Assembly: GCA_963422375.2 (NCBI GenBank)
Contig: OY729428.2
Coordinates: forward strand, 3,584,001 to 3,648,000
Length of the DNA stretch: 64,000 nucleotides
Direction: 5' to 3'
DNA from: Bryobacterales bacterium
Lineage (GTDB): Bacteria; Acidobacteriota; Terriglobia; Bryobacterales; UBA6623
Positions 9,874 to 21,388 of this stretch are shown here, in pieces. The notes under the pieces were generated by a model. It searched no databases. It was not told the origin of the DNA and was given only the letters and a program-made list of their open reading frames with translations. The translations under genes were made by a program, and so were the position numbers. Every line of letters starts with the position of its first letter. The first letter of the stretch is position 1.

Positions 9874-10449
9874 ATGGGAATGACCACGGTCGCGTTCGAA
9901 GTCGGCGAGGGAACACTCGTCCTGCAGACCGGAGACATCACCAAGGTGCCCTCTGACGCGGTCGCGAATGCGGCCAACGCGCAGCTGGCCGGAGGGGGAG
10001 GCGTCGACGGGGCGATTCACCGCGCCGGAGGGCGAGCGATCATGCGGGAGCTGGACAAGATCCGAGCGAAAGCAGGGGACTGCGAGCCAGGGGACGCGGT
10101 CGCGACATCCGCGGGGAAGCTTCCGGCCAAGTGGGTGCTGCACGCCGTCGGGCCGATCTACGCGGGCGGAGCGAATGGCGAGGCGGCTACTCTCGCGTCG
10201 TGCTACCGCCGCTGCCTCGACCTAGCCGGCGAGCTCGGGGCTCGGTCGCTGTCGCTGCCGGCCATCAGCACGGGCGCCTACGGCTACCCCCTGGACGATG
10301 CCGCGAGAATTGCCGTGGAGACCGTCGCAGCCGTCATGTCCGACCGCAGCACACCGGTCCGGCGGGTGGCCTTCGTGCTGTTCGGGGAGGAGACGTTCGA
10401 GGCGTTCGCTACGGCCGCTCGGCGGGCACTGCCGAAAACCCTGTCCTGA
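9874..10449 (+). CDS. Macrodomain protein (O-acetyl-ADP-ribose deacetylase, YmdB-like)
   Basis: GDIT, NAAN, GGGGVDGAIHRAGG, HAVGP, PAISTGAYGYP. Confidence 0.93.
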   Translation: MGMTTVAFEVGEGTLVLQTGDITKVPSDAVANAANAQLAGGGGVDGAIHRAGGRAIMRELDKIRAKAGDCEPGDAVATSAGKLPAKWVLHAVGPIYAGGANGEAATLASCYRRCLDLAGELGARSLSLPAISTGAYGYPLDDAARIAVETVAAVMSDRSTPVRRVAFVLFGEETFEAFATAARRALPKTLS

Positions 10450-10460
10450 GCGGGTCGAAG

Positions 10461-10680
10461 GTCAATACCGACCTCGACGGCTTCCGGCAGCACCCCGGCC
10501 CATGCCGGGATTGGAAGCTGCCGCGGCCAAGGCTCGAGCCCGCACGATGCGGACCGCTGGATTGACCGTCCGCATCTGCCGAGAATCCGCAACGCAGGCA
10601 GCGGCAGCGCTTGCCCTTGTGATTAGATCGTTCCCGTTCCTTTCCCGCCGCGCTCGGCTCGCAGGGCGTCGGCCGCCCCG
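10461..10680 (-). pseudogene. TnpB (IS200/IS605) C-terminal zinc-finger remnant with probable element right end
   Basis: The minus strand reads RSNHKGKRCRCLRCGFSADAD, then a frameshift, then VNPAVRI; followed by GGAAGCC...GGTATTGAC ending at 10461. Confidence 0.55.
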
Positions 10681-10827
10681 GCCGTCGTCCTCGACCGTCT
10701 CCAGCCATCGCTTGATCCAGCCCGGCATTCGCCCGTCTCTTTCGCGCCGCGCGATGGACCGCATCAAGTCTTGGGACCGACATCTCGCGTGCGGCCTCCG
10801 CGCCGGGAACGAGTGCGGTCGACGCCC

Positions 10828-13800
10828 TCAGAAGACGAACCTCAGTCCGAACTGGACGAGGCGCTGCGTGCGTTGGAACCGGCTCTCGCTGCCGGCCCTG
10901 GTAATCCGCCCCCTAGCCGGAGATGCGATGTTGGAAATCGGATTGTTGAAGTGAGGCGTGTTCGCAATGTTGAAAAACTCCGCCCTCAACTGGAGCCGTT
11001 TTCCCTCGCGAACTCTGAAGTTCTTGTGGAGTGAAAGATTCGCAAGCTTCGTCCCCGGTCCGAAGAGCAGGTTGCATCCCGAATTGCCAAACTGCCGGAA
11101 CGCAGGAGCCACGAATGCGTCCGTATCGAATCATCTCTGGATCGTCTGCTGGCTGTCGGGCAGATTTCCGTCAGCAATCCGGTCCGGCCTGGTTCCTTCA
11201 CCGATGTTCAGCGTATTCGGACCGGACGGAGAGAACAGATAGCCATCCGTCAACGTAAGCATCCCGTTGATCTTCCATCCGCCGAGGATTTGGTCGACAG
11301 CGGCAGGAGCGTCGCGGAGCAGCGCCTTGCCGCGGCCGACCGGCAAGTCGTATCCAAAGGTCGCGTTGACCGACTTGCGAAGATCCAAAGTGCTGTTGCC
11401 CCGATTCCCCGAGAGGTCCGTGATCGGCAAGCCGCCAGTTGACTCGGCAATGCTGTGCGCCCACGTGAAGTTGAGCTGGTACTGCAGGCCGCTCCAAAAG
11501 TGCTTGCGGAGAGTGGTTTGGAGGCTGTGATAGTTGGAATTTCCCCGAGTTTGCACGATCGTGACAGCAGCGTGATTCGGCCAGCTTCGCCGGCTGGCGA
11601 TGGGCCCGGACCCCGGGGTTGCTTGGTTGAAGCTGATCCCTTGACGCAATGCAGTTGCCTTCGATCCCACGTAGGCCACCGGCAACTGCTGCTGGGCCGG
11701 CAACTGCTGCTGGATCGGGAAATTCCATTGCTGGGTGTACGGAATGGCATAGCTGTCCGGATCGTAGCCCCGGCGACTCTGCCCTGGAGAGAGCAATTCC
11801 CTTACCCTGAGCGGGCCGTCAGCCAAGCCCCGGGCACCTGCGAAATTCCCTTGGGCGTTGTCGACTCGCGTGTTGACGAAAGAACGGCGCCTGCGCTAGG
11901 ATGCCGGCGTTAAGGTGAATCGGCTGGCCATTGTAGTAGACGCCGTATGCGGCGCGAACGACTGTGCCGTCCCCGATCCTGTACGCCAGCCCGACTCGAG
12001 GCACCCAGTTGTTCAGATCATTCGCAATGCCGCTTCGCCAAGGAAAAAGACCGTCGTTCACCCGAGCCGGATTCCCTGATTCTACGTCGAACTGAATCAA
12101 CCGGTCGCCAACTTCAGTCTGCGGGTAGTCCTCCAAGAGATCGTAGCGGAGACCGAGATTCAGCGAGAATTTCTGGGTTACCTTCCAGTCATCTTGGAAG
12201 TAGCCCGCGTAGTCCGTCCTACGCATTCCTCGGGTTCCCTGTATGTACACGAGCTGGACGTTCCCCGGTTTCCCTAGCAATAGCTCAGCCGGGCCGAATC
12301 CCGTTCTGCTAGCGCTGCCCGGATTGTTCGTAAATCTAAGACCGAACCCGAATTGTCCCCGAGGTCTCGACGTCTGGAAGCCGTTCGTGTGGCGACGCAC
12401 CGCATCGAACCCGAACCGGAAGCTGTGGTTTCCTCGGGTCATCTCGAGGTTGTCGCTGATCTGAATGTTGTTCATCGGGAGGATCGCTGGGTTCCAAAGT
12501 TTGTCCCCTAAGTTGGGGTACCCAGCGGCAGAGATAACGGACATTCCGGTCGTGAACTCATCCAAGTTTACGTTTGGAATGCCAAACTACTCGGCCGTGT
12601 TGCGGCCGCCATTCAACGAAGTGGCCGTCAAGTTCTCCCGCGTGAATCCGGCGCGGACCTGATTGATGGTTCTGGCATTGATGATCTGTGTGTGACTCAC
12701 CACGATCTGTGTCGCGGGTGCCTGGACTCGAACAAACGGCGTTGCCACCGGACCTAGAATATTTGCGAATCCGTTGACGAAATCGGTGCGGCCCCTCGTC
12801 AGCCGGAAGAATCCCCGCGACCCTCCACTGAAGTCTTGATCGATCTTGACAGTGCCTTGGTCGGCATCCTGGGTGTTGCCGGCCTCCGTAGCGAAGTTCG
12901 CCGCGAGACCGGGACCCGTCGGTTCCGGATAGAACCGCAGGATAGCCAGTCCTTGAGAGCTGAAGCGCGAGTCCGGTATCGAATTGTTCGCGAACGGCTC
13001 TCGGACGAGCTTGCGCGCTTTGTTCCGAATCGATGTGAGCGGATCGAAGATTCGGTTCCTGCCCGTCACCTCGCTGAAGTCACCGTTCCTCATCAGGTTC
13101 GTCGGGACGCTTGCGATATTCGTGGTGCTCTGCCGTGTTCGCGTCCCCTCATAGGAGACGAAGAAGAATGTCGAGCCTTCCTTGCGGCCGAGTGGCCCGC
13201 CCAACGTGGCCCCTAGCATGTTTCGCCGAAGCGGTGTCTTGTCATCGGTGTTGAAGAAATTCCTCGCGTCCAGGGCGTCGTTTCGCAGAAACCAGAACGC
13301 TGATCCGTGAAACTCGTTGGTGCCGGACTTGTAGCCCATGTTCAACGTCCCGCCCGTTCTTCCAAAGCGAGCGTCAGGCGCGGATGTCTCCACCCGATAT
13401 TGCTCGAGCGCTTCGATTTCTGGAAATACCATCACGCCCTGGCCTTGATGGTTGCTGTTGTTCTGGAGGCCATCGACCACGAAGTTGTTGTCGACCATGG
13501 CCCCGCCGTTCACGCTTGACACCGTGCTGCCTCGAATCTGCGACAGCGGCAGGCCCGAGTTATGGGGTTGGGCCAGAACGACTCCGGCGCTGTAGCGCAT
13601 CAGGTCCACGAAGTTGCGCGAGATGTTCGGGAGTTCCTTGACCTCCTCCTCGGAGCGAAGCGTACTCAATGTGGCGGTTTCGGTCTGCAGGACCGTCCCG
13701 ATGGCTTCCACATCGATTGACTCGGCCACGGTGCAGCGGTTCTAAATTTGGCCGTCAAGGGGGTGCGTGAACGTTGTTTCGGAGGATGAGGTGAATAAGT

Positions 13801-15797
13801 TGACCGAGAGGTTGCGCTCCCGAGGCCGCCCCGCGGGAGCGTCGGACGGCGGGCAGGGCCGTGGCGCGGCCCGCGTCGCGAGTCCGCGGAGTGCCGAGCC
13901 CGCGACCGGACGCACTCCGGCGGTAGCCGGCTTTGACGGCCGGACGCTCGCCGGACGCTGCCGGCACGAAACTGCGCGGAGCCTAGGCCCCGGCTGCCTG
14001 GCAGCCCGGAGGCGCGCGCCCGTCGCGCACCGCCGCCAGCAGCGTCGGCCAGTCCGGGAAGCGGAACCAGCGCAGCGCGACCTGCAGCTCCCGGAACAGG
14101 GCGCGGCGCGTGACCGGCTGGCGCCGGCACTGCTGCCACAGCGCGCAGACGCACTGCACCACGGCGTGGAGCGCGAAGGCGAACAGGTTCGGCACGGCCG
14201 GCACGTTGGCCAGCCCTTCCTTGCCGTGCCCGAAGTTGCGCTTGCAGTTGCGGCCGTGCCGCGCCAGGCAGTTGCAGCCCTCGTTCTCGATCTTCCAGCG
14301 CGCCCGGCCGGCCCGCGCGATCCGCTCCGCGTTGTCCGCGGTGACCGCGAGACCGGTGAAGAAGCTGTTGGCGCAGGCGCGCTTGCCGTCGCGCTCCACG
14401 GCGTACTTGAGCCAAGTGCCCCGCAGGGCGTCGCGGCCCTGGCGCAGGGGCGCCGCGGCCGTCCAGCGGAAACGGTGCCGCTCGGAGCGCTTGCCCTTCC
14501 CGCGCCGCGGCAGCCAGCCGGTCGAGCGCACCGCGCCGCTCGCCCGCCGGCTCTCCAGCTCCTCGTACAATCCCTTGTGGGATCCGGGCTTGCATACCCG
14601 GATGTAGTCCATGCCGGCCGCCGCGGCGGCCTCGCAGAGCGGCTGGCAGCAGTACAGGTCATCGCCCGGCAGAACGGGGCGGCAGGCCTGCAGCCAGGCG
14701 CCCTGAGCGGCGATCCAGCGCTTGGCGGCGTTGCGCTCGCAGTCCTGCTTGCGCTCGTCCTCGCTCATGTCGGCGCGGGTCGCGGCCGCGTCCTGCTGCG
14801 GGCGCGCGAACTCGGGCATCAGCGGCAGGACGGTGGCGTGGCCGTCGGCCACCGCGGTGGCCGACGGCCATGGCGTGGAAGTGATGCGGTCGGCGCTCGC
14901 TGCCGACGTGCCGCACCGAGCACTGCGGGCAATGCACCCTGTCGGAGCGGTGGAACCGGACGCCGTCCGGAGCCGCCGGCAGGCGCCCGTCGAGGCGCTG
15001 GAAGGGCTCGAGCGCGCCCTGCGCGGCCACGGTTTCCAGGCACGGCCGGAACGGCGGGTCGAACGCGGCCGGGTCGCGGTCGTCGAGCAAGTTGCGGATC
15101 CGCTTGTCGCAGGGGATGCGGCCCGCGCCGAACAGGGTCCGGCAGTTGGAGCGGGAGCCGTCCCGCTCCATGCGCCGCTGGAACGCGAGGAACGACTCGC
15201 ACCGGGTGCAGAAGCAGGCCGGGGCGCACCAGGGCGCAACCGGCGGCGTCGCTGACCTCGTAGCGCTTGTTGCGCTTGTTGCGACCGTCGCGCCGGTCGG
15301 CGGCCGTCTCGCGGAAGGCGCTCAGCAGTGAGTCCAGAACATGGGGCATACACCCTGGCTCACAAATTCCGCAAGCAAAAGTCAAGTGCCAGACTGCCTT
15401 CGACACCTTTCTCAGACACTCTGGAAATCCCAAAATGCCCAAATTGAGAATTGCTGGCCACGGTGCCAACTTCGAGTTCGAAGTCGACCGCGATTCTCTC
15501 TGACAGATTTAGCGCGACTTCCTTCGCTGCCGTCCGAAGGCCGTCGCTGGAAGCCGTGATTCGGTAGGTTCCTGGTGGCAGCGGCGGGGTAACGTACAGT
15601 CCGGACGCGTTGGTCTCCCGAGTCAGCCGGTAATTCGTGCCGGTGTTGAGGACCTCAACGTTCGCGCCCGGAATGACCGCCCCCGTGCCGTCGGCAATGG
15701 TGCCGCTCAGTACGCCCGTGTCGACTTGTGCAACTAGTGCGGCGCTGCAAGCGAGCAGCGCAATGAAGATCTGTTCCGTCTGCGTGCTGTGTCGCAT
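10828..15797 (-). pseudogene. TonB-dependent receptor with carboxypeptidase-regulatory-like N-domain, disrupted
   Basis: Signal peptide plus GTIADGTGAVIPGA; YKSGTNEFHGS, FQDDWKVT, LNLGLRYD and terminal QFGLRFVF. Split by an IS at 13734-15456, in-frame stops at 12587 and 11131, and a frameshift near 11850. Confidence 0.9.
13734..15456 (-). mobile_element. ISNCY-like DDE insertion sequence, copy A (degenerate transposase about 13983-15349)
   Basis: Imperfect terminal IRs CAGCGGTTCTAAATTTGG / CAGCAATTCTCAATTTGG; 9-bp TSD GCCACGGTG (13725-13733, 15457-15465); motifs KQDCERNAAKRW, GDDLY, GRARWKIENE; frameshifted. Confidence 0.88.
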
Positions 15798-16105
15798 CTC
15801 GACCCCTCCTGAGGAATTCCGGAGCCAGCGCAAATCACCGGTCGGGCCCGACTTGATGCAACCCTACGCTTCGAACGCTGATCGTAGCGGCAGGGCGCCC
15901 TTCGGTGGATTCGGCTGCCGGTCCTGTCCACGGTCGGCATCCTACCCGCATAGGGGATTCTTGTCAACGCCCTTTCCGCCTCAGGGTTGCGCCAAACACA
16001 CATGAACGCGGTGCCTTCTCCCCGCGGGCATCAAATCGGGCGCGAGCGCGGGAGCGCCGGGTTGCGACCATGGATGACGGAGGCGGGGAGAGCACGTCAT
16101 TGCTT

Positions 16106-17572
16106 GGGAATGATATATCTGAATGCCGACGACGCCATGTTCGGTTGGAATTGCTCTTATCGGGGAGGTCGGCGCCCGGCTCGGGTTAGTCGTGGGCGGT
16201 CGCGGTAGGCACCGAAAGGTGGATTCGTATCTGAATCGCACCTGCAAGCGGATTGCACGGCGCACGGGACTAGAGAGGCCGCGTGGCACGCCCCGGTGGA
16301 ACCCGGCTTGCCGTGGAGAGGCACCCCTGCCAAGCCGATTTCATGCCCTCCGAGGGCCGCGGACACTGGATCCCCAGCTCGGGACTGCCTGCATGAATTG
16401 TCCGGGCTGGACAGGGACCGCGCCGGGGAAATCCGGATCCGGAGCGCCCTTCAGACCGGGCGTGAAGAGAGCCCGTAACGGGCCGCCGCGCTCAGGCCGC
16501 GACCGCGGCCTTGCCGATTCAGCGTCTTGCCGACCAAGCCCCGAGTCATGCGCCGCATCCGTTCCGCCGTGTCGCAGTCGCGGTCGTTGCGCCGTCCCGC
16601 GAACTCCGTGAGGTAGCGGCCGAGATGACGGACGCTCATCCGGTGATAGGTTCCGTACAGGCCGCGCTTGAACAGGGACCAAAACGACTCGATGCCGTTC
16701 GTATGCGCTGCCCCGCGCACGTACTCGCCGCCGGAGTGCCTGACGGCTTCGTGCGAGAACTCCGCCATGCCGGCGTAGGCCGCCGCCTCGTCGGAGCGGA
16801 CCTGCGCCCCCGGCGCGACGCGGGCGCGCACGAAGCCCTGCAGGTCGCCCTTGGCGGTGCCCGGCAGCGGCCGCGCGGCCACTGCGTTCCTGGCGCGGTC
16901 CCGCGCGCCCGCCACCGGGGTCTTGCCGACGGGCCCGCGCCCGGCGCGGGCCTTCTTGCTCTCGTGCTGGTTGCGTTCCTTGCCGCCGACGTAGGTCTCG
17001 TCCACCTCCACCGGGCCGGCGAACGGGCCCCGATCCCGCTCCCGGCACGCGCGGATGCGGTGCGCCAGGTGCCGGGCCGACTTCCGGTTGATGCCTAGGT
17101 CGCGGTGCAGCTGCATGCTCGAGACGCCCTTGATGCCGGTGGTCAGCAGGAACAGGGCGACGGCCCGGGTGCGGTAGCCGAGCTTGGTGTCGGCCATCAC
17201 GCTGCCGGTGCGCACGGCAAAGCGCTTGCCGCAGCCGCGGCAACGGTACGGCATCGAAGGGTGGGCCGCGCCGGACTGCACGCTGGAGCCGCGGCAGTGG
17301 GGGCACGCGGGACCGTCCGGCCAGCGCATGGAGGCGAACCACTTTTCCGCGGATTCGTCATCGGGGAACATGGCGATCACTTCCATCAATGTGATACCTT
17401 TACGGAACCACTTTCCGGGACCTGATTTCTTCATTTACGGTATCCCCTGCTGGAACTATTCTACCAAGAAACACCACAGAATATCAACGGAAAGTCGGAA
17501 GAAATATGAAATCTTATTATGGCTTGATAATTTGCCGACTTGATTCCCTCGGCACTCAGATATATAATTCCC
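16106..17572 (-). mobile_element. IS1595-family element, copy A (transposase 16451-17434)
   Basis: IRs GGGAAT(T/G)ATATATCTGA(G/A)TGCCGA at both ends; CPHC zinc finger, VEVDETYVGG, SDE, HTNGIESFW, YLTEF. Flanks show no matching TSD. Confidence 0.88.
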
Positions 17573-17923
17573 ATTCGAATGACCCGAGCCAGACGCCGAC
17601 CTCCCTGCTCAGAGCAGTTCTCGTCGGACATGGCGTTGTCGGCACTCAGATATATAGTGCTTGTGACAAAACCCCTGAATTCTGGCCTGATCAGCATTTC
17701 ATACTACATCCTGATGTCGGATGGATCTCCAAATACAACATATAGGGCCCAAGGTCGGAAGTTGCTCAGCCGCCAATCACGAAGATTTCCGCGCTCTACC
17801 CAGAATTGGCAGGATTTCGGACTAGTCGTAGCATTCCAGTGAAATCTTCGCCTTGAGAGATTGGACCTAACGCCTTTGTTGTCAAGGGTATACGAGTTTT
17901 GTCACAGGCACTATATAATTCCC
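17573..17923 (+). mobile_element. Orphan right end of another IS1595 copy, split by the MITE
   Basis: 17573-17656 joined to 17918-17923 matches the terminal ~90 bp of the IS1595 copy ending at 40235. Confidence 0.75.
17657..17911. mobile_element. 255-bp MITE-like element, copy A
   Basis: IRs GTGCTTGTGACAAAAC / GTTTTGTCACAGGCAC, flanked on both sides by TATATA; near-identical inverted copy at 40243-40497. Confidence 0.85.
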
Positions 17924-17925
17924 TT

Positions 17926-18958
17926 CCTGACTACCCACAAGACTCAGCAAAGGGTAGGAGGCGGTACGGCATGGGCGGGGTGCGCACGGAGGCGTGGAGC
18001 AGGCGGGGGACCAGCGCCTCCAGGTCGTAGCGGCGGTTGAAGCGGTAGCGGAACTCGGCGAGGTACCGCGGCAGATGCTTGCCGTCGAGCGCAGGGCAGG
18101 TTCCCGCCAGGGACTGCTTGACGTGCGCCAGCATCGTGTTGACCCGGACGAAGCGGGAATCCCCGCAGCTCCGCTGCCCGCCTCCGGTGACGGTCGGCAC
18201 GTGCTCGCAGCCGGCGTCGGCCACGTCCCGCAAGCAGGCCGGGCCGTCGGAATGCACCTCCGTGCCGGGCTGCAAGTGCCGCCCGGCCCACGCTGCCAGC
18301 GTCTTCTTGCGCAAGCCCGCCACGCCGCTCATGCGCATCCTTGCCGGCTTGCCGGCGGCGGCGACCTGCACGGCGGCGACGAACGGCGTCTTGCCCGCCG
18401 CGCCGCGACCGCGCGTGCCGCCGGTCCGCTCCCCGCCCCGGCAGGCGTCGTCCGCCTGCACGATGCCGCCCGGCGGCACGCGCTCGTCGCGCTCCTTCAG
18501 CACTGGCAGGAGCTTGTGCTTCACCTTCCAGGCCGTGTTCCGGCTGACCCCCAGCTGCCGCGCCAGTTCCAGCGACGAAACGCCGTGCTGGCCCTGCGTC
18601 GGCAGGTGGAGCGCCAGGAACCGGACGGTCAGCGGCAGCTTGGTGGCGGCGAAGATCGTGCCGGCGACGAGGGAGGTCCGGCGGTGGCAGGCATGGCACT
18701 GCCAGAGCTTGCGGGAGCGGATGCGGCAGTGCCGCCGGGAGCCGCACTCCGGGCAGCGGAAGCCGTCCGGCCAGCGGGCGTTGAAGACGGCGCGCTCGCA
18801 TGGCCCCTCGCTGCCGTAGTGCTGCAGGAACTTGCCCGGACTGAGTCCCTTCTGGAATTGCACGCGATTGCGTTTCATCTGCTATCCCCTTTCCTAGCAG
18901 AGATTTCCGACCTCCTCCAGTATGGCATATCCTCGACTGACGTTCGTTGGTAATCAGG
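17926..18958 (-). mobile_element. IS1595-family (ISXO2-domain) element, transposase 17931-18878
   Basis: IRs CCTGACTACC / GGTAATCAGG; 8-bp TSD ATTCCCTT (17918-17925, 18959-18966); MKRNRVQFQKGLS, CPEC/CHAC, GKTPFVAAV, YLAEF-YRFNRR. Confidence 0.9.
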
Positions 18959-18965
18959 ATTCCCT

Positions 18966-19165
18966 TTACTTGAGGTGCAGCACTGGGGACGCCGCAGCCC
19001 CGACTCGCTACGCACTTGGATCGGCGAGGCTCGCAACTTTCGGGTGCAGATAGCCAGCGTGCTGAGGAAGAACCCGGGGCTCAAGGGGAAGCTCGACGAA
19101 GCGTTCACCGAAGCTTAGAAGGACGGGCGCGCCTACGCCGTAGCCCAGCTGGTCGGCAACGAGGA
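18966..19165 (+). pseudogene. DUF29-like protein C-terminal fragment
   Basis: Reads LLEVQHWG...LRTWIGEARNFRVQIASVLRKNPGLKGKLDEAFTEA*KDGR; truncated upstream by the IS cluster. Confidence 0.5.
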
Positions 19166-19394
19166 ATCCGCCGGAGGTGCGACCGCAGCCACCCGGCGCA
19201 AGTGGCGCTCCGCCATCCCCGCCAGGGCGGCGAGACACACGAGGACTCTTGACCGCCCGCAGTCGAGGGGGTTCTGTGCGACTGCCTGTCCGAGCGCAGC
19301 CCGGGCCAAGAGCCGTGAGGGTCCCCACTGCCCGAGCTGCCGAGCCCATGCCTCGCGTGGCTCGGCGCCGGATCGGCACCGCAGGCGACGGTTG

Positions 19395-19670
19395 CTAGTT
19401 CGTGCTCTTGACGCCGCCTCTCCTGCCGGTGGCGATGGCGCGGGAGGGGTCGACTCGCCGCACGCGGTGGTTGTCGGAGTCGGCGATGTATGGGCTGCCG
19501 CGGGCGTCCAGCGCCACGCCTTGGGGCCGGTCCATGCGGGCGGCCGCGACGGGCCCGCCGTCGCTGCCCTCGGCGCCGCTGCCGGCGACGGCGGTGGCAT
19601 ATCCGGGTTGGGTCCCGGCGGGCGTCAGGGCGAGGAGCGCAGCGAAGTACAAGCCTCCGCAGCCGCCCAA
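19395..19670 (-). pseudogene. NHL-repeat protein fragment
   Basis: AGSGAEGSDGGP...PQGVALDARGSPYIADSDNHRVRRVD, a single NHL repeat, truncated. Confidence 0.65.
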
Positions 19671-19773
19671 GGCCTTAGCCTTTTCGCGGGGGGAAGGGCA
19701 GGAATCTATCGTCCCACCAGGGGCGCGCCGCGTCCAATGTGGGTATTTCGGTCAAGAAGGATCGCCCATTCGG

Positions 19774-21379
19774 CAGCGATTCTCAATTTGGGCATTTTGG
19801 GATTTCCAGAGTGTCTGAGAAAGGTGTCGAAGGCAGTCTGGCACTTGACTTTTCCTTGCGGAATTTGTGAGCTAGGGTGTATGCCCCATGTCCTGGACTC
19901 ACTGCTGAGCGCCTTCCGCGAGACGGCCGCCGGCCTGCCCGACCGGCGCGACGGTCGCCGCAACAAGCGCTACGCGGTCAGCGACGCCGCCGGTTGCGCC
20001 CTGGTGCGCCCCGGCCTGCTTCTGCACCCGGTGCGAGTCGTTCCTCGCGTTCCAGCGGCGCATGGAGCGGGACGGCTCGCGCTCCAACTGCCGGACCCTG
20101 TTCGGCGTGGGCCGCATCCCCTGCGACAAGCGGATCCACAACTTGCTCGACGACCTCGACCCGGCCGCGTGCGACCCGCTGTTCCGGCCGTGCCTCGCAA
20201 CCGTGGCCGCGCAGGGCGCGCTCGAGCCCTTCCAGCGCCTCGACGAGCGCCTGCCGGCGGCTCCGGACGGCGTCCGGTTCCACCGCTCCGACACGGTGCG
20301 TTGCCCGCACTGCTCGGTGCGGCGCGTCGGCAAGGACGCGGCCGCGACCCGCGCCGACATGAGCGAGGACGAGCGCAAGCGGGACTGCGAGCGCAACGCC
20401 GCCAAGCGCTGGATCGCCGCTCGCGGCGCCTGGCTGCAGGCCTGCCGCCCCGTCCTGCCGGGCGACGACCTGCTACTGCTGCCAGCCGCTCTGCGAGGCC
20501 GCCGCGGCGGCCGGCATGGACTGCATCCGGGTAGGCAAGCCCGGATCCCGCAAGCACTTGTACGAGGTGCCGGAGAGCCGGCGGGCGAGCGGCGCGGGAA
20601 GGGCAAGCGCTCCGAGCGGCACCGTTTCCGCCGGACGGCCGCGGCGCCCCTGCGCCAGGGCCGCGACGCCCCGCGGGGCACTTGGCTCGAGTACGCCGTG
20701 GAGCGCGACGGCAAGCGCACCTGCGCCAGCAGCTTCTTCGCCAGTCTCGCGGTCAGCGCGGACAACGCGGAGCGGATCGCGCGCGCCGGCCGGGCGCGCT
20801 GGAAGATCGAGAACGAGGGCTGCAACTGCCTGGCGCGGCACGGCCGCAACTGCAAGCGCAACTTCGGGCACGGCAAGGAAGGGCTGGCCAACGTGCCGGC
20901 CGTGCCGAACCTGTTCGCCTTCGCGCTCCACGCCGTGGTGCAGTGCGTCTGCGCGCTGTGGCAGCAGTGCCGGCGCCAGCCGGTCACGCGCCGCGCCCTG
21001 TTCCGGGAGCTGCAGGTCGCGCTGCGCTGGTTCCGCTTCCCGGACCGGCCGACGCTGCTGGCGGCGGTGCGCGCCGGACGCGCGCCTCCGGGCTGCCGGG
21101 CGGCCGGGCGGCCGGGCGGCCGGGGCCTGGACTCCGCGCAGTTTCGTGCCGGCAGCGGCCGGCCAGCGGCCGGCCGGCAAAGCCGGCTACCGCCGGAGTG
21201 CGTCCGGCCGCGGGCTCGGCACTCCGCGGACCCGCGACGCGGGCCGCACCACGGCCCTGCCCGCCGTCCGACGCTCCCGCGGGGCGGCCTCGGGAGCGCA
21301 ACCTCTCGGTCAACTTATTCACCTCATCCTCCGAAACAACGTTCACGCACCCCCTTGACGGCCAAATTTAGAACCGCTG
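19774..21379 (+). mobile_element. ISNCY-like insertion sequence, copy B (degenerate transposase from 19881)
   Basis: Same IRs as copy A; its own 9-bp TSD CCCATTCGG (19765-19773, 21380-21388); internal deletions and frameshifts. Confidence 0.88.
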
Positions 21380-21388
21380 CCCATTCGG

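Noticed and set aside
6723..12589. Stop-codon reassignment (TGA=Trp or TAG=Gln) suggested by in-frame stops
   Set aside because: TGA and TAG end many intact genes here, and the affected loci carry other lesions.
17461..17842. Small ORFs duplicated at 40312-40666
   Set aside because: They cross MITE/IS boundaries and lack RBS or coding features; the duplication is explained by the MITE.
13734..21379. Composite transposon bounded by inverted ISNCY-like copies
   Set aside because: Each copy has its own distinct 9-bp TSD, so the insertions were independent.
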